Shown here piece after piece: positions 1 to 9,600 of a stretch of 64,000 bases of DNA. The notes under the pieces are model-generated. The model saw nothing but the letters and a program-made list of their open reading frames with translations, was not told the DNA's origin and did not search any database. The position numbers and the translations under genes were made by a program. Position 1 is the stretch's first letter, and every line of letters begins with the position of its first letter. Location: positions 1 to 64,000 of IMG/VR virus record IMGVR_UViG_3300045120_000498; one strand, given 5' to 3'. The DNA comes from a virus.

Positions 1-75
1 GGCGGCCGACACCGGCCGCCCCCCCACGACTCTCCCCTCGGGTTGCCCGGGACGAGGGGGAGCTTCAGACGCGGA

Positions 76-678
76 CTAGCTGACGCCCTGCGTCGAGTTG
101 AGCGGCATCCCAGCGCACGCCTGCGCGGGAACCTTCCCGCCGCCGAGCGCCTTCACGTACTGGCCGTGGTTCTTCACGGACTCGGTGCCGACGGTCGTCG
201 TGACGGTGGTCGTGATGACCGGCATCGCGATGCGCATGTCGATGCTGACCTGGAACGAGTTGTTCGGGCCGGTCGCGGAACCGATCACCAGCGAACCGTT
301 GGCCGGAGCGTTGACGACGGAGTGCGACACGCCGTCGTTCCGCTGCGTGACGAAGCTGACGGTGCTGCCGAGCGGGCTGCCGCTGAACGAGCCGGAGACA
401 AGCTCGGTGTAGTGCTGCGTGCCGTTGCCGTCCGTGCCGTCCTGAACGCCGGTGCCGTCGAACGTGTTGTCCGGGTTCACGATCACCGTGTAGCTGTGCG
501 TCCAGACGTTCTCGAACTGGTGCTCGACGTTGGCAGGCTCGGTCCACGTGAACGTCGCGGTGCGGACCGTCGTGTTGACGGGCACCGACGCCTCGCAGCG
601 CGGCACGTCGGCCGACGCGACCGAGGGGAGAGCGAGAGCCGCGACCGCGGCGACGCCCAGAATGAACTTACGCATCAT
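76..678 (-). CDS. Secreted hypothetical protein
   Basis: Start refined to MMRKFILGVAAVAALALPSVASA (signal peptide, AxA site) 10 nt after a GGAAAGG SD; C-terminal KNHGQYV motif. Confidence 0.7.
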   Translation of the reverse strand: MMRKFILGVAAVAALALPSVASADVPRCEASVPVNTTVRTATFTWTEPANVEHQFENVWTHSYTVIVNPDNTFDGTGVQDGTDGNGTQHYTELVSGSFSGSPLGSTVSFVTQRNDGVSHSVVNAPANGSLVIGSATGPNNSFQVSIDMRIAMPVITTTVTTTVGTESVKNHGQYVKALGGGKVPAQACAGMPLNSTQGVS

Positions 679-688
679 GCGTTTCGTT

Positions 689-736
689 CCTTTCCGTCGG
701 GATTGCCCGACTGGGGGGATGGAGCAATGGCGCTCC
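689..736 (-). promoter_or_regulatory. Conserved leader (copy 1): GGAGCGCCATTGCTCC-ATCCCCCC + hairpin + GGAAAGG
   Basis: 21/24 identity with the copy at 2027-2050; hairpin GTCGGG-caat-CCCGAC. Confidence 0.6.
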
Positions 737-787
737 GCACTGCGCGGGCAGCCGCACCGGCCACCCGCGCAACACGCAACGTCTCGC

Positions 788-1258
788 CTACCGACGTGCC
801 GAGGAAGTGGCGAGCGAACCCGCCTGGAACATCGGCCCGAACGCACGAGCCGCCGAGCTACGTCCGGCCGACTGACACTCCGGAGCGATGATCAGGAACG
901 GCGTGCCGGTGTCACCCGTAGCCGTCGCATCGACGCCCGTCGTCGCGAACAGCCCCAGAGGCGGATCGAAGCCCGCACCGGCGCTGCCGTAGGCGTAGCC
1001 GAACGTGCCGCCGTCACCGTCGCCGTACTGCGTCAGGTTCACGAACTGCATACAGCCGACCAGCCCGTTCAGCGCGGCCGCCTGCATCTTGACCCGCTTC
1101 GACAACACCTTGTTGTCGTGCTGGAGCTTCTTCACGGCCTTCGCCAGTGACTTCAAGCTCGTGGCCGCCTCCGCGCCCGGCGCCAGCGCCGCGAACAGCG
1201 ACGCCACGGCCAGCACGACGACCAGCCGACGAATGATCCATGCCTTGCTCACGTGCAT
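788..1258 (-). CDS. Secreted hypothetical protein
   Basis: Signal peptide (IIRRLVVVLAVASLFAALAPGAEA) followed by a short coiled coil; start codon overlaps the upstream gene stop. Confidence 0.65.
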   Translation of the reverse strand: MHVSKAWIIRRLVVVLAVASLFAALAPGAEAATSLKSLAKAVKKLQHDNKVLSKRVKMQAAALNGLVGCMQFVNLTQYGDGDGGTFGYAYGSAGAGFDPPLGLFATTGVDATATGDTGTPFLIIAPECQSAGRSSAARAFGPMFQAGSLATSSARR

Positions 1259-1746
1259 CAGTCCTTCCACTTCGTGATGACAGCGCAGGCGTCCTTACCG
1301 GCCTGGGTGTACCGGTAGCTCGCCCACCCCTGCTTATCGGTCGCGGGCAGCCGGAACTTGACCGTCCGCTTCTGGGCCGCTCGCAACACGACCGTCTTCT
1401 TCAACTTCAGGGCCTTGCCGCCCTTCTGGAACCACTTCACGGTCGCGAGGATCGTGCCGTCCACGTGCGACGTGTTCTTGAAGATCAGGTCGGCGTACAT
1501 CGTGACCTTGCCGTCGCTCAGGTTGCCGACGGTGTACGAACACGTGTAGCTGATCGTGCCGGTCGGCTTCGCGACCGGAGCCGCGGTGGTCGTCGGAGCC
1601 GCCGTGGTGGCCGGAGCCGCCTTCGCGGTCGTCGCCGGAACGGGCGGCCCGGCCGTGCTGCCTGCGGACGGCGCGGACTTCTCCACACCGCCGCAGCCAG
1701 CCAGCACGACCGCGCCGATCACGGCGCTGATGATCGTGGCCCGCAC
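1258..1746 (-). CDS. Lipoprotein with Pro/Thr/Ala-rich linker
   Basis: GTG start MRATIISAVIGAVVLAGC (lipobox LAGC), APTT-type linker, beta-rich C-terminal domain. Confidence 0.7.
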   Translation of the reverse strand: MRATIISAVIGAVVLAGCGGVEKSAPSAGSTAGPPVPATTAKAAPATTAAPTTTAAPVAKPTGTISYTCSYTVGNLSDGKVTMYADLIFKNTSHVDGTILATVKWFQKGGKALKLKKTVVLRAAQKRTVKFRLPATDKQGWASYRYTQAGKDACAVITKWKD

Positions 1747-1748
1747 GC

Positions 1749-1988
1749 CTAGAACCCCGGCTGCGTCCCGTTGGCGATGTGACCAGCGACCTTCGCGAGC
1801 AGCACGTCCTCGTGCTGCGCGGCGAGCGTGGTCAGGATCGCGGGCGGCGTAGCCACCTCGGCGGCCGTCGGCGCGCCGGTCGTGACGGCGGGGCTGCCGT
1901 CGGGGTTGAGCGGCATCGCGACGGCCGCGGTCGTGCCGGTAACGGCGACGGCCACGCCCACAGCGAGCGCAATCGTGAACTTCCTCAT
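1749..1988 (-). CDS. Small secreted hypothetical protein
   Basis: MRKFTIALAVGVAVAVTGTTAAVA signal peptide; preceded by GGAAAGG SD. Confidence 0.65.
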   Translation of the reverse strand: MRKFTIALAVGVAVAVTGTTAAVAMPLNPDGSPAVTTGAPTAAEVATPPAILTTLAAQHEDVLLAKVAGHIANGTQPGF

Positions 1989-2000
1989 TCGGGGGGACTT

Positions 2001-2050
2001 CCTTTCCGCTGGACTTGACCAGCAACGGGGGGACAGAGCATTGGCGCTCC
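2001..2050 (-). promoter_or_regulatory. Conserved leader (copy 2) + hairpin + GGAAAGG
   Basis: Hairpin GCTGG-tcaagt-CCAGC abutting the SD. Confidence 0.6.
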
Positions 2051-2087
2051 AGAACCGGTCAGGGGGCTGGGGTCCCTGACCGGTTCT
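2051..2087 (-). terminator. 14-bp hairpin, putative intrinsic terminator
   Basis: AGAACCGGTCAGGG...CCCTGACCGGTTCT just downstream of the 2094 stop. Confidence 0.55.
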
Positions 2088-2282
2088 GCAACGTCACGGT
2101 GCTCGGTGCGCGCGGTCGTCCCACGCAATCGGCAGGAACCCGCCGCTCGTGATCCACTTGTGCAGCGCCTCGAATGACTCGGCAAGCTCGACCGCCGTGG
2201 CCGCCTCAGCGCCCTTCGTCGCGATCACTCGCGCACTCGCGTCCAACGCCGTGCGCAGTGCAGCCTCAGGGTCCATCTCCAT

Positions 2283-2360
2283 CCTTCCCGCGGGGCCTTC
2301 CCCGCTGTCGTTGATCAACCGTAGCACACGTTGTGCGCATTGAGCGCACAACGTGTGCGT
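2283..2360 (-). promoter_or_regulatory. Cassette with a doubled, inverted operator
   Basis: Hairpin-GGGAAGG plus perfect 15-bp inverted repeat 2324-2338/2344-2358. Confidence 0.7.
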
Positions 2361-5049
2361 CACTCTGAACCTACCCCGCGCTCCCGCGTCGCGTCAAGCG
2401 CATCTCGTCCATCGCCTCGGTCGGCGTCGGCATCCGCACCGCCGACCACGCCGCCAGCGCCATCCCCAGGCCCGGGTCGCGCTCCCACAGCGACGCCAGG
2501 TTCAGCCACTCCCCCGGCGACGGCTCGCGCTCCGTGAACCGCTCCAGCATCGCGAAGAACTCCGGCCGCGACAGCGTGAGCGGGTGGAACTCGCGCATCA
2601 GCACGTCGCCCACCCGATCATCGCCGCACGACTCGCGCGCGTTGGAGCGCGCCTTCGCAGCCGCGACCAGCAGCATCTCGCACGACTCGCACGACCGCTC
2701 CAACACCGGCAGGCCCATCACTCGCCGTCCTCGGGAGCCGTGAGCAGCCCGGCCACCGCCGACGGCTCAACGCCGAGCGTTTCGGCGTGCGCGACGACCA
2801 TCGCCTCGATGTCGGCCTTGGACTTCTGGACGACGTTCTCGGAGTGCTCGATGAGCGACTTGGCCGCGAACTCGATGTTCGCGGGCATGTTCTCGATCAT
2901 CGCCTGCAAGTGCCGCAGGTTGCGGGCCGTCTTGTGCTCGGAGTAGGTCTTGAACGCCGCCGCAACCTCCGCGGCGGCATCCTCGGCGGCGTTGCGCACC
3001 TCGCTCATCGACTCGGCCAACCGCGACTCGAACGGCATCCCCGGCACCAGCAGGTCGCCCTCGCGGCGGCGGATCGTGCACGGCACGCCGTTGCCGGAGT
3101 TCATCGACGACACGAACGACGCCCACTGCGCCTCGCTCAACTCCACCTCCACGAACTCGCGGTCGATGCCGTGCCAGTCGCGGTGCAGGTCGCGCTTGCG
3201 CTGGCCGGTCGCGAGCCGGATGTGGACGGTGTTCATGTGCCGGATGTCGGAGTCGTACAGCACCGATCCCGGCGTGGACTGCGTGCGAAAGGCGCCGATC
3301 ATGCCCCACGCGGGGTGCGTCTCGTAGCCGCGCTCGTCGGTCGTCGGGTTCTCGATGTCGCGGCGCGTCACAGCGCACCGCCCATCTCCGCCAGCGCCGC
3401 CTCGGCCGCCTCCGGGATCATCCCGAAGCCGTCGTGGCCGCACACGTCCGTCAGCTTCACTAGCTCGGCCAGCGTCAACTCGATCACGGCCACGACTGGC
3501 GCCTCGCTCGGATCGTCCTCCCCGAGCGCCCCAATCGTCCCGGCCGGAATCGTCTTCACCTTCCCGAGCAGGGACAGGATCGCCTGCAAGTCGGAGTCCA
3601 TCGCCTCCAGCGTCTCGGCCATGCCCTCGTCATCGTGCTGAAGGCCGTACGGGTCGGCCTCCAGCGCCCGCACCCGCGTGAGCACACCACGCACGAGCGC
3701 CGCCAGCGACTCGTTCAATGTCATCTGCGCTTTCGCCATCACGCCGTCACCTCGTGCTCGTGCAGCCACGCCGTCACGTACAGGTAGCCACTGTTGCCAT
3801 GTGGACTGCCGACCACGCGCGCCACGCCGTCGTCGAACAGCGTGAACACCGACTCGCTGCCGCGCATCTCCGACGCGATCCGAGCCGCCGTGTCGAACGG
3901 CTCCGTACGAACCGTCTCGCGCAGGTAGCCGAGCAGCTTCGCCTTCGCGTCCGGCTCGCCCGCCGCGTCCGTGCGATCCCACACCACGTCGTTCGGGAAG
4001 ATCAGCCGCGCGCCCCACGCCGCCGTCACGGCGGGCAGGTCGTGCTTGTGACCGAACATCAGATCGTTGACCGCGCTCATCGCGATCACCCCTTTCCGCG
4101 GGCCGTGCCCGCAATGATCTTCTGGCACCGCTTGCACGTCACGCGCGCCAGCGGCTCGTCGTAGTTGACCGGCGGGCGCCCGTAGATCGTGACGCCGCAG
4201 ACCGCCGTGAACTTGCCACTCTCGGGCGTCATCGCGTGCGCCGCACGGCTCGTGTAGCGGCTCCGGAAGTGCGCCTCCGAGTAGCCGACGGAGATGCCCG
4301 TCGCCATGTCAGCCGCCCCTCTGGAGCGAGTTCAGCAGCACCAGCCCGTAGAACTGGCCGGTGTCGGCGTCCTCGACGAAGCAGTGGCCCATCGTGCCGT
4401 TGCGCGGGCAGCCGTGCGGCTGCACCTTGCGCACCAGCGTGCCCGGCGTCGGCTGATTCTCGCGCCGGTCCCAGCGATCCGCGCCGACCGGCTGGAACTC
4501 GAACACCTGCGTCCCCTTCTTCATGCCGTCCCCCACTCTCCGTTGCGGAAGCACGAGGCGCGGTAGGCCACCTCGCCCACCTCCTCGCAGAACACGTCGC
4601 GCTGCTCGCCCTTGACCCAGACCTTCGCGCCGCGCTTGAACACGCGGCGGACGACGTAGGTGTCGTTGCCGTCCAGATCGACCGTGACGCTGTAGCCGTT
4701 GCTGACCGGCAGCGTGATGCCCGTCTCGCGGACGCCCACCCGGCCGCCGCTGATCGACAGCACGTTCATGCGGCCGATCTGCTCGACTAGCTCGCGAGCG
4801 TTGCACTGGCAGAAGTTGTCGGTCATCAGGCACCCCCCGTCGTGTCGAACTCGTCGCGGCTGAACCACTCGCGGACGTGACCGTCGCGGACGGTGCCGCC
4901 GTGGACCGGACGCCCGGTGGGCTGGTAGTCGATCAGGTAGATCAGGCCGAACGGGCGCGTCTCGTCGATCCTGACGATCACGCCGAGCGTGGGGACGTCG
5001 CGCATGGTCACGCGGTCACCGGCGGTGTATCCCTGCATCTCCGAACCTG

Positions 5050-5102
5050 CCTTTCCGCGGGGCTTCTCCCCGCACCCGAATAGTAGCACACTCTGTGTGT
5101 AT
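5050..5102 (-). promoter_or_regulatory. Full expression cassette
   Basis: ATACACAC-aga-GTGTGC-TACTAT-6nt-GCGGGG agaag CCCCGC-GGAAAGG. Confidence 0.8.
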
Positions 5103-5757
5103 TGCGCCGGTTCAGCGCGCCCACGTCCGGTGCTTGTCCATGAACGCGGGCCAGCGGCCCTCCCACTCCGCGTGCAGCTTCGACCCCTTCGGCAGCGGCG
5201 TCAGATTGACGGCCGCGATCCGCACCTCCTCCGGCTCGAACTGGCGCCGCTCGCCCTCGTCGAACCGCACGCGGTAGCCGTTGTGCGGCGAGATGTAGCG
5301 GACGATGGTCGCCTCGCGGCCGCCCTCGTGCAGCACCCGCTGGCCGGGCTTCAGCAGCAGCGTCTTCCGCGCCATCAGGCACCCCCTCCAAGGTCGATGT
5401 TCTCCGGCACCAGCACGCGCCGGGCCACGCAGTCGTTGAGCACGATGTCGTCCAGCAGCGCGCCCCAGCCGCACTCGTAGTGCCACACCTTCGCGCGCTT
5501 CGTGCGCGGCACGTAGGTGCCGTAGGGCTTGACCTTGCCGTCGTCCTCGATGCCCTTGTGGCAGTAGCAGCAGGTCGGCGTACCGACCTCGCGCGTGAAG
5601 CGCGCCAGGCCCTCGTTCGTGAGGATGAAGCTGATCGAGTTGCGGCGCCGCTTCGTGGCCGCGGGCAGGTCAGTCAGGTCCTCGACCCGCCAGTACCCCC
5701 ACGGATTGCCAGCCGTGCGCGGCGCGAACACCGTCGTTGCTCCGGTCATGTCGCTCC

Positions 5758-5809
5758 CCTTTCCGCGGGGCACTCCCCGCACCCGAAGGATAGCACACGC
5801 CGTGTGTAT
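5758..5809 (-). promoter_or_regulatory. Full expression cassette
   Basis: Palindrome, TATCCT, 6 nt, hairpin, GGAAAGG. Confidence 0.8.
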
Positions 5810-6622
5810 CGGTGTCGCTACTCGCCGGGCGGCGCCGACGGCTCGTCGAACTCGTCGTCCTCGATGTCGTTGATCCGCCGCATCAGGTCGGTCGGCACGC
5901 CTCGCAGTGCCTCGTCCGGCGTCTGCAACATCGTCGCCAGGTCATTCGCGTACGTCGTCGCCGTGCCCGTCAGAAACGGCCGGTCGAGGTCCTCCGCGGG
6001 GTCGGCCACGATCTGATCGCGCACCTCCAGGATGCGCTCCACGTCGCTGTCCATCACCGCCGCGTCGAGCAGCGCCATGTACGCCCTGTCTCGCTCGCTC
6101 ATTCCGTCTCCAGCATCGCCATCACGATCAGCGCCAGCTTCCGCGCCACCGTCTCGGCGTCCGTGCCGACCAGCGGCCGAAGCTCCCGCTCGAACCGCCG
6201 CAGCATCTCACGTCTCGTGTCGTCGTCGAGCGATCCGTTCGCGCCGCGCATCTCGACGACCACGTGGTGATGATGCTCGTGCCGCTGCACCGGCACTAGC
6301 GGCGGCGGCGTGAGCGGCACCAGCGCCGGGGCGCTCGTCGTCTCATCCAGCATCCGGCACCTGGAGCGGCGGCGGCCCCTCACGCGGCCCGTAGATCGCG
6401 TCCAGGCCCTCGTCCTGAAGCCGCTTCAGCAGCGCCGAGTCCTCCGGCGTCAGCCACGCCATCCACCCCGCCACGCCCGCCGGATCATCGGGCAGCACCG
6501 GCTCGTCCTCATCCTCGTGCCGCGCAAGCACCTGCTCGCGCACGCGCTCGCGGGCGGAGTCGAACACCGCCTGCTGCTGCGCTAGCTCGCGCTCGGATGG
6601 GAAGTCACGGGACATCTGACGC

Positions 6623-6645
6623 AGTGTATCGCACTTTGTGTGTAT
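6623..6645 (-). promoter_or_regulatory. Operator/promoter only (leaderless gene 6615)
   Basis: ATACACAC-aaa-GTGCGA-TACACT-7nt-ATG; abuts the giant-gene stop. Confidence 0.7.
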
Positions 6646-9600
6646 TCACTCGTTCTGCGACGCCAGGGCCGAGCCGTTGTACCGCCACACGTCCGCGCCC
6701 CAGCCGGTCGGCGTCAGCACCCGCTCCTCGCCGATGCCCCAGGTCGCCGGAACATCCGTCGCGACCACCTCGCCGACGACAGCACTGCCCCGGTTCTCCA
6801 CGATCCGCACGAAGTAGTTCGTCGCCGTGCTCGGGTCGCGACGACTGATCACGTCACCCGGCTGCAAGTCCCGGAACGCAGGCTTCTCCTGCTCCGGCCA
6901 GTCCGGAATCACGCCGACCCGCTGCACCGCACCCACGCCAGCAGGCGCCTCGGGCGCGGACGGCACGAGCGGCGCCGACGGCGGCTCGTCCGACTCGGCG
7001 TTCCCGTGGTACGTCCACCAGTCCAGGCCCCAAATGCCCGAGTTGATCGAGCGTACGTCGCCAATCTGCCGGTGATCCACGTTCGACGCGATCACCTCCG
7101 TCCGCGTGCGACCCGTCGCGTTGGCTTCCGTCACCCGCATCCAGTACGTCTCGCCGTCCTCCGACCGGCGGATCACGTCACCGACCCGCAACGCCGAGTA
7201 CGCAGGCTTCTCCCGCACCGGCCAGGACGGAAGCACACCGAACGCCTGAGGCGTCCCGAGCGGCCCCGATGCCTCGACCGTCGGCGCCTCGGCCGACCCG
7301 GCCGGTGCGTCCGCCGCGTGCAGTTGTCCGATCTGCGCCGCGCGGTCCCACTCGTCGTAGCTCCACGGCTCGTCGCCGCCCCACTGGCGCGTCTCGGCGT
7401 TCCACCGCTTCAGGTGCAGCATCCGTTCCCCGAACCGGCCCGCCACCTGGAACGTCCGATCCGGATGGCCGTACGGGTCCTCCATCCGCACCATGAACCC
7501 CGTCGTCACGTTCGCGGCCGACGGCACCCAGCCCGGCGCCGTCCCGGGAGCGGCTGGCGCGTCGGGCGCGACGTGCCCGTAGAACTGCCACGCATCGCCG
7601 AAGCCCCCCCAGCCGAGCGGACCGACCGTCCGCTGCTCGCCCACCGGGAACGTGTTGACCACGTTCGACGCGACGATGGTGCCGCGCACCTGCCCGCGCC
7701 CGTCGATGTCCGTGATCTTCACGAAGTGCTTCTCCTGACCGTCCGTACGGCCGATCACGTCGCCCACCTGTAGATCGTCGAAGGCGGGCTTTGGCAGCAC
7801 CGGCCACTCCGGGATCACGCCCTGCGGCTGCATCGCGCCCAGCGTCGGGTCGGCCTCCGGCGGCCGCGCGCGAATCCGGCGCTGGCCGACCAACTGCTGC
7901 CACTCGTCTTCGTACATCAGGAACCCCGACCCCCACCGCATGTTGTCGCCCGGAGCGTTCGCGTCGAATTGCTTCTGCTCGACCGTGATCGACCGGCCCG
8001 ACGACGGCCCAGCCGGATGCGTGTCCGTCACCCGGCCCGTCCACGCCACGTCGCCGTCCGGCGTCGTCATCGTGAACTGGAACCCCGGCGTGATGTTCTC
8101 CATCGACAGCGGCCCCGACGGTGGCGGCTCAGGCGCAGGCGGCGGCTCGGGCGGCGTCGCGGGGCCGTGGTACGTCCACTGGTCAAAGGCGTAGTGGGTC
8201 GCCAGCAACTCGCGCGACTGGCCGACCGGCCGTCCCCGCATATTCGACGCGACCACCGTCCCGTGCACGACCCCGCTCTCCGTCCGGTCGATCTTCAGGT
8301 AGTAGCCGTTGGTTTCGCCGAACCGGAGCACGTCGCCCGGCTGGATGTCCGTGAAGGCGGCCTTCGGCAGCACCGGCCACTCCGGCATCACGCCATCCGG
8401 CTGCACGGCGCCCACCCCGCCCACCGGCACCGGCGCAGGCGGCGGCTCCGGCGGCTCGGGCGGCGGCGGCGGCTCCGCTCGCGGCGGCCGCGGCGGACGA
8501 TCCGGCCGCGGCACGTAGCTCGCATGACCCGGCAGGTACTTCACACCCGACCACGACTGGCCCACCAGCACCTTCTGGCCCAGGTTGAAGTTCGGCCGCT
8601 CCGTCCCCGCCGGACGCCCGTCCGCGTGCGCCAACTGCTCGATCACCGCGATGTCGCCCGAGTCGATCCGCTCACGCAAGTGCGTCGCCTCGTCCGCCGT
8701 GATCCTGCTACTGCGCGCCGCCGAGTCAACGAGTCCCCGCATCGTGGCCTTCTGATTGCTCTGCACCTGGAAGCCCATCGTCGCCCACGTGTACGCGCCG
8801 TTCTTCAACGTCGCGCTGACCGTGATCGCGGTGATCCCGGCGTCCACGTACGCCTTCTCCGTCTTCCGGATGAACCCACCAGCGAAGCCCGTCCCCTGGT
8901 GCGAATCCTGAATCTGGAGGTAGGAGTGATGCACCTTCTGCGCGTCCGGGTAGATCGCCCGCTTGAACTCGCCCACCCGGCTGCCACCCGCGTCGATCAC
9001 CGACCCGCCGACCGCCATGTGATCGCCCCGCACCGTCGTGCTCGTCACCATCGCCCGCAGGTCCGAGCGGCCGAACACGCCCGAGAACGACGACCGTAGC
9101 CACGCCTCCGACTTCAGGTCGTACGTTGGCGCCTCGACCCACGGCGGCAGCACCACGCCGTTCTGCGCGAGCGAGTCAACCGCCCATTCGTACAGCATCG
9201 GATGATCGGTCTGAAGCGTCCGCGCGGCCGCCTCGTTCGTGTAGACCGCCTCGATGGACGCCGCCAGGAACGCCCGCGGCTTCTCGCCCGTCAGGATGCC
9301 CCGCTCGTCGTCCGCCTGCCGCACCAGCGCCGCGGCCGCGCCCTCCGCCATCTGTGTTGCGAAGGACGTGCCGATCTTCTCGCCGAGACGGCGCGTCTCC
9401 GCGGTGTCGGCCCAGTCCACCCGGCCCAACTCGCCCATCGCCTTCGACAGGCCAACCACCGGCTCGACCCGCGTCAGCGGCTCCGGCTTCCACCGCGTCA
9501 CCGCCGACGGCTCGACAAGCACCTCGGCGTTCGATGCCATGTCGCGCACCAGCACCGTCGGCTGCGGAGCGTTCTCGGCCATGCCGATGATCCACCCCTC

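Larger units (their letters stand above)
2094..6615 (-). other. Run of 14 small hypothetical phage CDSs: 2094-2282, 2371-2721, 2718-3371, 3368-3739, 3739-4080, 4086-4307, 4309-4524, 4521-4826, 4826-5038, 5112-5375, 5375-5749, 5818-6102, 6099-6353, 6343-6615
   Basis: Head-to-tail minus-strand ORFs with ATGA/GTGA overlaps, SDs and normal amino-acid composition; several have CxxC pairs or SH3-like beta patterns. Starts refined by eye. Confidence 0.6.

Noticed and set aside
6660-8420. C-terminal repeats as a DGR template/variable pair
   Set aside because: Differences are not adenine-specific, all copies are in-frame, and no reverse transcriptase is present in the window.
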